NCBI GenBank assembly: GCA_001938485.1
Contig: MQRK01246266.1
Coordinates: 1 to 64,000, forward strand
Length of the DNA: 64,000 nt
Direction of reading: 5' to 3'
Source: Girardia tigrina
Lineage: Eukaryota
Shown here: positions 53,331 through 64,000 of the stretch, piece after piece
Position numbering within the stretch: position 1 is the first letter of the stretch
Layout of the letters: each line of letters opens with the position of its first letter
Made by a program: the position numbers and the translations under genes
Notes under the pieces: model-generated
What the model saw: the letters and a program-made list of their open reading frames with translations, nothing else
Databases searched by the model: none
Told to the model about the DNA's origin: nothing

Positions 53331-54474
53331 ACTCGTTCAATTCAAGCACTCTATCCCGTTTAAAAAATTCATCGACAGAAAAGACGAATTAAATCCAATC
53401 AGATACATATTACGATCGATTCTTTCTCTTTACGATCTTCATTAGCTATAATAGTTTGCACAAATTCTTTCCCTTTTTTTCACATTTACTTTCCTAGTAG
53501 AATGTCAAAATCAATTAAGACCGTCAATAAAACTACTATCGATAATCGGTTCGTAATCGAAATTTTCCTCGTAATTAAATAATGATTTTATTGACCTCAT
53601 TGAATGTGATTTTTTGAAATGTCAATTAAATCGATCGATAACGATGATTTAAAATGTCGAATTATTCAAATATATCAATTATTTAATTTCGCGCAATGAA
53701 ATAATCAAATACGAGCGATATTCAATTACAACTTTATTTTTAATTGTACAAATATTTTTTATTACATTTGTATTCAAATTTTGACAACTTTTTATTTACA
53801 TTTTCCTCACTCGACACAACAAAAACAAACAATCACTTCACATTCAATTTAAACGATTCTTGATATAAAAAAATCGGTCTTCCACGAAAAACTCCACTCA
53901 CAAACCGTTACAAAAAACTCAAATTATCAACGCTGAGCGCATAATTAACCACAACAAAATCCTTTTAATTTTTTTACCATCAACAACAAACATTCTATTG
54001 ATTTATTTAAACAAAATTTTAAATTCTAGCATTTTTCATATAAAATTTCAACGCTTTACATGAAATAGATTTTTCTTTTTTTCACTCACAATAATAACTT
54101 TTTTGCAGTAATAATTTTTAAAAATTCATTTTTTAATTTAATATTTTTTTACAATTTTATTTTAAAATATTATTGAATATTTATTAATTTCATTTAATAA
54201 TTATTAATATTTAATAATTTTAATTTTTTTACAAAATTCATACACTCAAGCATAAAAATAAATACTAAATTATACATAAAATACATCTAAAATAAAGAAC
54301 TTGAAAAACCATTCAAATCGAATAATCATTTAAAACTGATTCTCAAAGTGGACCTTCAGGCCAACAAGTGAGCCTGAGAAAATTAAAAATGGGCCTCAAA
54401 ATCTAACTGGGCACGGTGTGGGCCTGAGAAAAATGGTCCGGAATAAACTGGTTAAAAATCTATATACTTGTATT

Positions 54475-55250
54475 TGTTGGGGTAATAGGTGATTTTAAAG
54501 AGCTTTAATAGAAATTGAAAACAAATAAGAATTATTTTACAAAATATTTATTTATCTTTTATACACAAATACAAATTAGTTTTAAAAGAGCTTATTCTAT
54601 TTAAAAATTTATCTTTTAGGTAGAGTGGGAAAAGACGCTTCTTTTACCCACAAATATTTTACTAAAAAGGTATATAAAGATATATGATTGAAGAAATATA
54701 TAAATTAATATGTTTTTTTTCGCACCTGTGGTTTCTTTCGTCTCGGTCCTTTTCAAAATATAATCACGGTGCTTTTATACATTTCGCCAGGTGTAAATAA
54801 ATTTATAAGCACTCTTTAATTTTTCCTTTTTCAATATCTTGCTCTTTTTATAAGTCGTATGAGTACTTGAGACAATCTACAGCTGTTTTCAGTTTAATAT
54901 CACGAGCTCTTCAATTAATCAGTGAGCTTTCTTTTTGCAATTGTTTAAGTTTGAAACAGTTGTTTCAATTGAATTAAAATTTGGGCGTTTCCCTTTTTAA
55001 TTAAAATATAATTAACTGATATAACTTTTTCTGGGCCATTATAACTTTCTTTCTCTTTTATACCCTTCTTTTAAATATAATCCATCTCTATTTATCTTTC
55101 AAAATATATTGTTTTCTTTCCTTCACAAACATTCTTTTCCTTTATTTCTATTATTTATTTCTTTATTAAATTCTAATTCCATTATTTATATATAATTTAT
55201 ATTTAATATAGTAAATAAGTAAATATTACTATTTAACTGATTTTTTTCAA
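54475..55250 (-). mobile_element. Solo-LTR-like repeat, family A copy 3
   Basis: Minus strand ends ...CCCCAACA. AGGTGCGA motif and hairpin at 54625-54651. Far end approximate. Confidence 0.6.
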
Positions 55251-56962
55251 AATCATGGCAGTGCTTACTGTTAATTTTGCTACTGTTTATTTTAATGATT
55301 AGGTCTCTGAACGCAAAACTTCTATTTCTAGGGATGTTGTTGAAATATTAGCGGTAAGTCCAGGTTGTGATTGACTGATTCTAGTGATTTCAATTGATTT
55401 GTCGGTTATTTTAGCTAATTCAAGAACAGAAACCGACTGTGGCACTACTGATTATAAAATTTGTAATTGCGGGGGTAGTTCACTGGTAAACATCGTTTAA
55501 AATTGTTGTCATCAGTTATGGAAATGCCAAGTGCTGTCAAGTCTGCTTGTGCCTCTTAAATATTGCGATGGAAAAGTGGTACATATTGTATTTGTTTTAA
55601 AATATGTCTGAAGTAACTGATGTTGTGTTTGTTTTGTCGGTGATGTAATTGCATGTTTCAAATTTTTTTTGGTATTTTTCAGTAAAGTGGGTAAATTTGT
55701 GATTCGCATGAGATATTCATGTGGTATGAGCGAAGTGGGTTATAAGCTTTCTGAGTTTGTGTTTAAGATGATATTCGGTGGTCCAATTTCCATGAATTTG
55801 AAGCTGAGAATTTGCGGATTGTAAGGGGTCTAGAAAGAATTTTACACAAGGTAGTAACAAGTGCTTAATATTCATGTCACCCCTAGTCCCTAATGTGAAC
55901 TTCAATATAATTGTTATTAAAAACAGGAAAAATATCCCTTAAAAATGTGTTTAAAGAATCAATTGACTTAAAGAGCAGAAAATAAATACAAAGGGTAATT
56001 ACCATATGTATTATGCTTTTGTGTAACTACTTTGCTGTAGTGTCTTGTGGTACCCTAATATTAGAATTTTTTCCATAATATGATTTATTGATAAAAGTTA
56101 AATATTTTGTTGTTTTGTGAACTGTGGTTTTGTGTTGTGTTTCCTTAACCATGGATACGACAATTAACATAAAAACTAATTTGAGAATAATAAACTAACG
56201 CATATAATAAACTGATTGTGATATGGTTATATAAAAAAGCATAAAATGTTAACATTAGAATAAAATTTAGATACTTGAGTTGTCCTTCCGGAACATCGCA
56301 TTTCGAGAAAAAAACGTTTGATTGTTTAATTTCGGTCCTAAGGTGGAACTCCACATCAGGTTGGTTGCATTGAGAATATGTCTTGTTTTCCGCTTGAGAG
56401 GCAATCGGTGTGACCAATTTGATCTTCTGGTGGCTTATTAGTGTCAGTGCGATCATTCCGGTCAGTTCCATATAATCAAGCGATGAAGTTGGTTCAAAGG
56501 GATTGGGCGATTACGTCAGTTCGATCGTTCCGGGTGACTCGGATAGCTATTTTGATTGGAAAAAGTGTGAAATATGTTGCAGAGTTTGGATTCTGACACA
56601 ATTTTATTGGACAATTTCACTTGGTAAACACGGGTTTCAAAAATTAGTTTTATTATTCAAACAAAGATGATGAATAATCATATAAGAAAATTGTATTTAG
56701 TCAGTAAGCATTTCGTTGGATTAAAGTTAATTATTTTTATATTCTCTTTTGAAATCATCACGCAATTCATTATCAAAACATTATCAAAAAGTAAATATTT
56801 GGATAAATGTAAGGAACATATACTTTTTTATTTAAATTACAATTCACTTCGTGCTTCTTACTCATTTGTTTCTTTTAAAAGAGACTTTCCATTAAAAATT
56901 TTATTTACTCAAATTTGAATTTTTTATTTCCATAAATTCCATTTCTTTGAAACATTGAAAAT

Positions 56963-57453
56963 TGTGACAAAGTCACGTACATACTTCTCTGCATGCAAAT
57001 ACACACAAACATTCACCAATTACAATTTCTTTTTTCATTTTATTCTTACTAATACATACATTTCATTTCAATCATACATTTACTAAACATATCATACAAT
57101 CAAACTAACGCACGCATAACATAACATACATTAAACACCGACATAATTTTCAAATCCACAAAATGAATTTTAATCACAAAATCACTTGATTATAATCACG
57201 TTTTGAAATCAACTCAAACGAAAATGACAAACTAAGCGAAGGACAACGCGAAACACACCAAGGTCCTTGAAAAAAGGCGTTCTTCCTGACATCAAAACTA
57301 TTAAAGAAACTTAATTGTTTATTTAATTATTTATTTTATTTTAATTTATTTATTTTAATCATTTTCATATTTAAACGGAAAAGATTAAATTTTAGCACAA
57401 GATAAAAAGAAAATAGTTACCAAAATTATCGGCAATAAATTATCAATGTCACA
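56963..57453 (+). mobile_element. Family B element with perfect TGTGACA/TGTCACA termini (solo-LTR-like)
   Basis: 7-bp terminal inverted repeat, 491 bp, CA-rich 5' part, AATAAA near the 3' end. Confidence 0.55.
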
Positions 57454-58720
57454 AATGTAAGACTTATTAATTTATCCGATTTGAAATGTTTCAAATATTT
57501 TTATGATCTGATACGTTGGATATTATAAAAATAGAAATTAGGGTGTTTGGTTAATTTCAATTATTATCATTAGAGATCTTTTCAAAATAGAACTTGTTTT
57601 GGTTCTAATAAACTCAATTAAATATAAATTGTTGGATGTTTTTAAAAAATATGAATTGTCTTTGTGTCGATAATTCTAAAAAAATCATAAACTATTGGAC
57701 ATTTTTAAAAATAAGAATTGTTATGGCTTATATGGCTTCAAATAATTAAAATTTAAGAATTACTTCGGAATGCAAAATTAATCCATATTTTTAAGTTTAA
57801 AATTTTTAAAAATATTAAATAAGAATTGTAAATACATGAATGAAGGTTGGACGGGAATTACTTTATAATAAAATAGATAATATGAATCATCAAAAATTAT
57901 TGAAACAGATAGCTACGGACTGCATACACGGTCGGATTTACTAAAAATGAAATAGATCAAACATTACTGCAAAATGATGCAATAACTAAAATTTTAACTA
58001 TATATGACAAAAAAATAAACTTGCGACTGGATTAAAATAAATCAGAATATTACAATATCTTTAATTTCCATTGGAACTATTAAGAACACAAATATAATTT
58101 TCCACACATTAATTTTTATCAGTTTGAATTGTCATTGGGACAATTCTGATTAAAGTTTCTGTAACTTGAAATCTTAGTAAATTGATAAAATTTTGTAAAT
58201 TTATCATTAATTAACAATTATTCGAACAAATTTTCATTTTTAATTATTTTTAAATTTTAATTTAAAAATTCTACTTTTATAATTTCATTAATAATTTTAT
58301 CTAAAATTTATTTAATTTTAATATGATTTACTTTCTCAAAATTTTTAATATTTTAAATTTATAAGATTTAATATTTTAAAAGTTTTTTAAATACATTATG
58401 TTATAATTTAAAATGCAGACTATGTCCGAATATTCATCTCGAACATCCAAAAGACCAATTTTCCATCCGGGTGTGAGACGTACCTTTCCAAATACTAAAC
58501 AAAATATAAGAAATTCAACATACCAACTTAAACATACTAAATTTTTAATATTCCTCACAGAAACATCAGGGAATTCATTAACCGTTGTGGTTACTAAGTA
58601 TAGCGTATCAATTTCACACGAACAATGCTGCCATTTTATTTGGAAATGAAATTTTAAAAAGTTCGATTTGCTCATAGTCGCGATATTTTCACAATACAGT
58701 AGAAGTGATTATTACATAAA

Positions 58721-58910
58721 CTAGTAAATAACCCGTCATGTATGACGGGTATAATTAAATATAGAATAAATTTTCAAAAGACGTTTTTTTCTTAAAATTC
58801 ATTTTTTTCCATGAATTATTATTAATTTAATTATCTACTTACAATTGTAAGTAAATAATATGAGTGTTCTTCACAGAATCAGTCAATCAGTCACAGATCA
58901 GGACAAATAT
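58721..58910 (-). mobile_element. Mini non-autonomous Helitron
   Basis: A|CTAG plus ACCCGTCATGTATGACGGGT hairpin; the other end has CAGT repeats and GACAAATATATA like the longer copies. Confidence 0.7.
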
Positions 58911-59802
58911 ATATATATATATATATATATATTCGTAATTCATGGAGTTTTTCTCGTCTCACTTATCGACTGTCACTGTACCGAATCTCAGTAAATTGAG
59001 CGATATTCCACGTTTACTTCTTTTACTTTGGCGTGAATAATAACATCTGTGAAGCGGGTTTCCTGTTCTAAACATCTTGAACGAAATAGAATACATATCT
59101 TCACCAAGCAAAGGATGTGTTTAAGAGTTCTCTTTTCAGGCCAACCTCAATAGATTCGAACATCACGCTGTTTATCCAAGGGTTGGAAACTACTTGTGGA
59201 TTCATCTATACTAGAACCGATATATGAATCTAATTTACATTTATTGGAAGAATCTTTCGTCCACTTTTTCACTAAATATACTTTTTATCCAAACTGCTCT
59301 CGTAAATTTCGATACATGTTTTATGAGTACTCAATGATTAAATTGGGCGTGAAATAGTTACTCCAACAATCTGATATCCTCAAGATTGCTTCCTCATAAC
59401 ATTAACATGAGTTGATGAACAGAGCCATTTGAGATTCCCTATACATTCGATTTTTCAGACGTATAATGCGATTTTTTCTCACTGACTCATAATAATTGAC
59501 TAATTTTTGTCCCTGAGTGAACAATATATGATCTTTTAATGCTATTGAATTTTTCTTCGTTCATTACTATTCTCTGTTTCTGTTGATCGTGAGTATTACG
59601 TTTTGTATTTTGATTTTCCATTTTTATTGTATTTAAAAAATTATATACTTTCTATCGACCTTGTAATAAATTCAATAAAACAATATCGAAATGTTTTATA
59701 TAGTCGATTAAAATGTATATATTAAAATTTTTATTGTTTTTAAAGTTTTTATTGTAAAATATTAATGTTTAATTTTTTGGTCAGTACAAACATAATTTAA
59801 AA

Positions 59803-60480
59803 CTAGAAAAATACCCGTCATATATGACGGATGAGCTGAATTTTCGACTTTGAAAGTTTCTGTTTTAATTTTTAAATCGTAATTATTATACTTAACTATT
59901 ATTTGTTTTAGATTCTGTGCTAATTTAACAGCCAGTCAAATAAATCGGCTCCTAGGGCCTTTCGGTAAAGGTGCTGTACAGACAGAACCGTATCGATGCG
60001 GACTATGCAGAGCTATCCGAACTTCACGCGGATTCACTCACTGTTCCTCCACTATTCCGCATTTTATCAGCATATATATGATCATAGTAAAATTTGAGCT
60101 TGACCGACAAACCATGAAATTTTGCAAATTTAACCTAAATTGAATTTTAGAAATATAATTAGTAAATAAGTGATAGAAATCGTCATTTATCAAACAAATT
60201 AGTATTTTATTGATAATTTCATAAAAATTTTCACGAAAATCCGTGTAGGAATCATGAACATTGTCATTATTCGAAATCTGTATTAAATTAACCATTTAAC
60301 GACTTGCATGGTTTTAAATCAATTTCATCGGCTTCCTGGCGTCTTTCGGCGAATTTTATTAATGCGTACTATCCAGATTGACCATGATCCCAAATGGATT
60401 CACTTTGGTTCGTCCGCAATTTCACATTGCAAAGCGTGACCGACAAACAAACAAACCAACACACTTTTAAACAAATATAT
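59803..60480 (-). mobile_element. Non-autonomous Helitron, copy 2
   Basis: Colinear with 48864-49500, with an extra ~55-bp block at 60095-60150. Confidence 0.85.
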
Positions 60481-60889
60481 ATTTTTTAAAATATTTAAAA
60501 TTTTAATTTCACGATTAATAATATAATTGAAATAGAATATATTTTAAAGTATGAAATCTTTAAAAATAATAAATTTGAGCCATAATTAATTTTAATTAGG
60601 TAGAATAAAATATTTCCTAAACTTTAAAATGAATTAAAATAAATTAAATTAAAAAATTTAAATATTTTGTAAATAATTGTTTTTGATTTTAAAACGCGTA
60701 TATGATAATATCAAAAAAGTAAAAAAAAAATAAACGACGAATCTTTATTTTAGAATTCAAATTTTCTACAGCTTTTTCAATTATTTAAACAACTGTTATT
60801 TTTAATATATTTTTAAGTTGTTTTCGACGCAAGTACCACAATCGGTTAAGCGTATATGTACAGTATAGTTATTTAAACTTTAACCACTT

Positions 60890-61600
60890 TAGGGCCGCGT
60901 TACAGAAAACAAAAATTTGCTGGGCTGCATATGTATTTTTAACTATAAACTTTAATAAAAATTATCTTAATATAGTTTGAAAGAAAATCAACTCCTTTTT
61001 CTTTCATTCTTTTTATTAGCTTACTAAAATTCACTATATTCATGGAATTTAGAAACCTATTTGTGAAGGCTTTTTACTTAATCAATTTTCTTCAAACTTG
61101 GCACACTTATTCATTCTCGATGAGAATAAATGATTATGTGAAAATTTGTCAAAAGAAAACTTTATAATATCAACTGGAGAAAAAAACGGAAAATTCGGAG
61201 TTTCAGAACAATATTAATTGAAAAAGATCTACTTATAAATTATAAGTAGTTTATATTATTTTTTTAGTGTTTTTCAGAATTATTTTTTTGAATTAAAACT
61301 TTGTTGGCAAAATAGAGTTCTGTCTGCATAAAGAATGGATATAAAAAAATTTTGATTTACTTGTTCCTAATAAATTTACTAGTATAAATACAATACAAAC
61401 ATATTTTATATTTTTTTTTATGTTTGTAAGATTTTCAAATTAGTTATTAGGATATAAAAATGAAATATAATTTCTTATGGAAACAAAGTTGAAACCTAAT
61501 TTTGAATTCACAGACGACGATTGAATTTTAAATTTAGCTTTTTTAGCAGACTTAACAGAACATTTTAATGATTTCAATTTGTAACTTAAAGATAAAGTCG
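60890..61600 (+). mobile_element. hAT (Buster/SPIN-like) transposase relic
   Basis: FTDDD*ILNLAFLADLTEHFNDFNL*LKDK matches the W..LAFL.D...HLN.LNL.LQGK motif. GGGCCGC/GGGCTGCAT subterminal motifs near 60890-60930. Confidence 0.7.
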
Positions 61601-63765
61601 TGAATAACATAACAAAATATCAGCTGAAGAATTCTTTTTTACCCCACGTGTTACAGAGGTGCTAATGAAAAAAAACATGGCGATAATGGTTATGTTATAA
61701 AAATATTCCAAAATTCAAATTTGAATATAAAAAAAGATGATTTTTTTCAAGAAAATCATAATGTAATACAAATTTGCATGGCATTATGTAGCATATAGTT
61801 TTCTTTGAAGGAAATTATATGTTTGCAGAAAAAGTTTGAAATGGTGAAACAACAAATACACTTCTAACTGAAATTGTAAAACATTTTCATTATACATTTT
61901 GGACAAAATAATAAATATAATTTAAATAAAATAATACTTTAAGTGTTGTAGGTTTATTTTATTTGAAACTTTTGAACGTTCTGAAAATGATATTTAACCA
62001 AATTTTCTTAACACTTACAAACACTGGAGCGGAGAATTGCCAATTTTGACCGAACATTTATTTTGCCAGTTTTCAGTATATAAATAAAAATATATAAATA
62101 AATTAAATAATTAAATTAATAAATTAAAAGAATTAATTAAATTAAATAAAATAAATAAATAAATAAATTAAATAATTAATAATAAATGAATTAAAAATAA
62201 TGTTAGTCTCAATTAAATGAAGAAGAATCTTTATCTTTCAAATCGCAACTGGAGCAATAACCACAGNNNNNNNNNNNNNNNNNNNNNNNNNNNNNNNNNN
62301 NNNNNNNNNNNNNNNNACAGTAACGAATATCAACACAAATCGATCGAAAATAATGAAAGCAATAATATGAATAATAATGGTAATCAAAAGATCGATAACA
62401 ATCACAGGCAACATCAAAGATGTGATAGTAAACAAAACGGTGATTGGAAACGAAATAGAAATTTCAGTGGAAATAATTATCACAGAAATAATCGACCAGA
62501 AGAGCAAACCGTTATCGAACATGACACGAAACCAGTGACGGATTCTCAAGAATTTAAAGTTCCAATTAAACAACCTTTGAGTTATGCTCGGGCATTTAGA
62601 AAGAGTAGTTCGCCTTTATATTCTGATCAGTCCAAAGAAATCGATAATGTAATTTCTCCAGACAAATGATGAGCCTCTTTCTGTGTATGATTGTAAATAT
62701 GTCTGCATGCATGTGTATGTGTGATTATGTAATGTAATTGCATGTTTGATATGTAAATAATGAATGCATGTTTATGTGTGTGAATGTAATGGTTTGAATG
62801 CCATTGGATGAGGTGTGTGAGATGGGGTTAGAAAAAAAATGTTGAATTGTAATTTGTCACAATAACAATTTTAATTTGAACTGTGATCCAATCAAGTCTT
62901 TGTCTCCAATTAACAATGTTCAATTCAAAAGTGAAACTATATTCCAAAGGATTAATAAAAATTAATGTCTGATTCTTTTGACTTTACTAATATTTACAAT
63001 GTTAAATTTAAAAGAGCAAAATTTATTTTACCTCTTCATTATTTGAAAGATATTTTGAACGGATTAAAAAAAGTTTTCTTTGGCGAAAATTTATTTGATT
63101 TAAAAAATTCACCTTTAAATCTATATGATAGNNNNNNNNNNNNNNNNNNNNNNNNNNNNNNNNNNNNNNNNNNNNNNNNNNNNNNNNNNNNNNNNNNNNN
63201 NNNNNNNNNNNNNNNNATTGAATTACTTAATAATGATTTTGAAAACTGTAATTATCGTAAACAAAATAATCTACCAAATATCGATATTATTGCATGTTGT
63301 GAAGATTCTGAGAATACAAAAGATTCTAATGACCAAAATAATTCCGTAACGAGATGGAATTCCGCTCATTAAAGTGTTCTTAAAAATGAAAGGCGATTAT
63401 TACCGTCTTCTGTCCAAAACAACGTGGAGACACGGATTCCCGTCCAAACACGATACAGGTAAAACTTTGAAAGAGGTATAGCACGTTATAAATTAAATAA
63501 CCGAAAAGCAGCTTGAATTTTTTAAAAATTATTTCAGATATTTTTTAATAAAAATTTGTATTTTTGATCTTTTTCTTACTTGGTGTTCGGGAAACATTTA
63601 GAAGTTTTTTGGGCCGTACTTTAGACAAGATTGTTCTACAGACATAACACAAAGGTTAACGCGTTTTATAACGTACTTGATATACTGAATTTATAAATAT
63701 GATAATTTATTTAATTATTCATTAATAATTATATAGTTGATAATAATATTTGTATTTATTGAAAG

Positions 63766-64000
63766 ATTAATATTTTATTCGGTGCTTCGGATGGAATGGA
63801 TGGCGCAACTGATTACGCCGGTGCTATGATCTATTCTAACATAATCTCTCATGCAAAGGAATCAAAAATTGATCCGATTCATTATTTAAATTCATATGAT
63901 TCTTACAATTTCTTCAAACAATTTGAAAATGGTAAATATTTATTGAATACTGGAATGACCGGGACAAACGTAATGGATTTCATCCTAATTTTGATTCCGA
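63766..64000 (+). CDS. GLYCTK: Glycerate kinase, terminal exon (runs off the window)
   Basis: aag|INILFGASDGMDGATDYAGA...YLNSYDSYNFF...LLNTGMTGTNVMDFILILIP; phase 0 matches the exon c donor. Confidence 0.95.
   Translation, partial: MNILFGASDGMDGATDYAGAMIYSNIISHAKESKIDPIHYLNSYDSYNFFKQFENGKYLLNTGMTGTNVMDFILILIP

Noticed and set aside
62217-63372. Asn-rich ORFs 62217-62669 and 62965-63372 as genes or extra GLYCTK exons
   Set aside because: They span N-gaps, are low complexity, have no recognisable domain, and GLYCTK exons c and d join in phase without them.

Overview
Eukaryotic (animal) nuclear DNA, very AT-rich, with many (TA)n tracts and N-gaps; no prokaryotic operons or CRISPR arrays. The only clearly intact protein-coding gene is the 3' part of a glycerate kinase (GLYCTK, MOFRL family) on the + strand: four exons (37220-37351, 37395-37650, 49870-50111, 63766->64000) with phase-consistent GT-AG introns of about 43 nt, 12.2 kb and 13.7 kb. 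Its 5' exons were not found. The window also has an intron-containing tRNA-Tyr(GTA), a tRNA-Leu(AAG) pseudogene and a cox1 NUMT from a GT-rich invertebrate mitogenome (worm-like; taxon not determinable here). Most of the rest is decayed, often nested transposons: Tc1, mariner, Tigger/pogo, hAT, MULE, a piggyBac-like MITE, non-autonomous Helitrons, BEL/Pao, Ty3/gypsy, a Penelope-like relic and solo-LTR-like units. Several degraded host-like gene fragments are present (Ig-like, ubiquitin-like, CCCH finger, possible ionotropic receptor). Best leads: (1) a stem-loop with compensatory changes shared by four diverged LTR-like repeats; (2) a composite repeat carrying an array of RFX X-box-like palindromes; (3) two neighbouring relic Ig-superfamily genes; (4) a hint of AAA=Asn in the NUMT. 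I found no unambiguous complete novel system. All family calls come from motif recognition by eye, not database searches.
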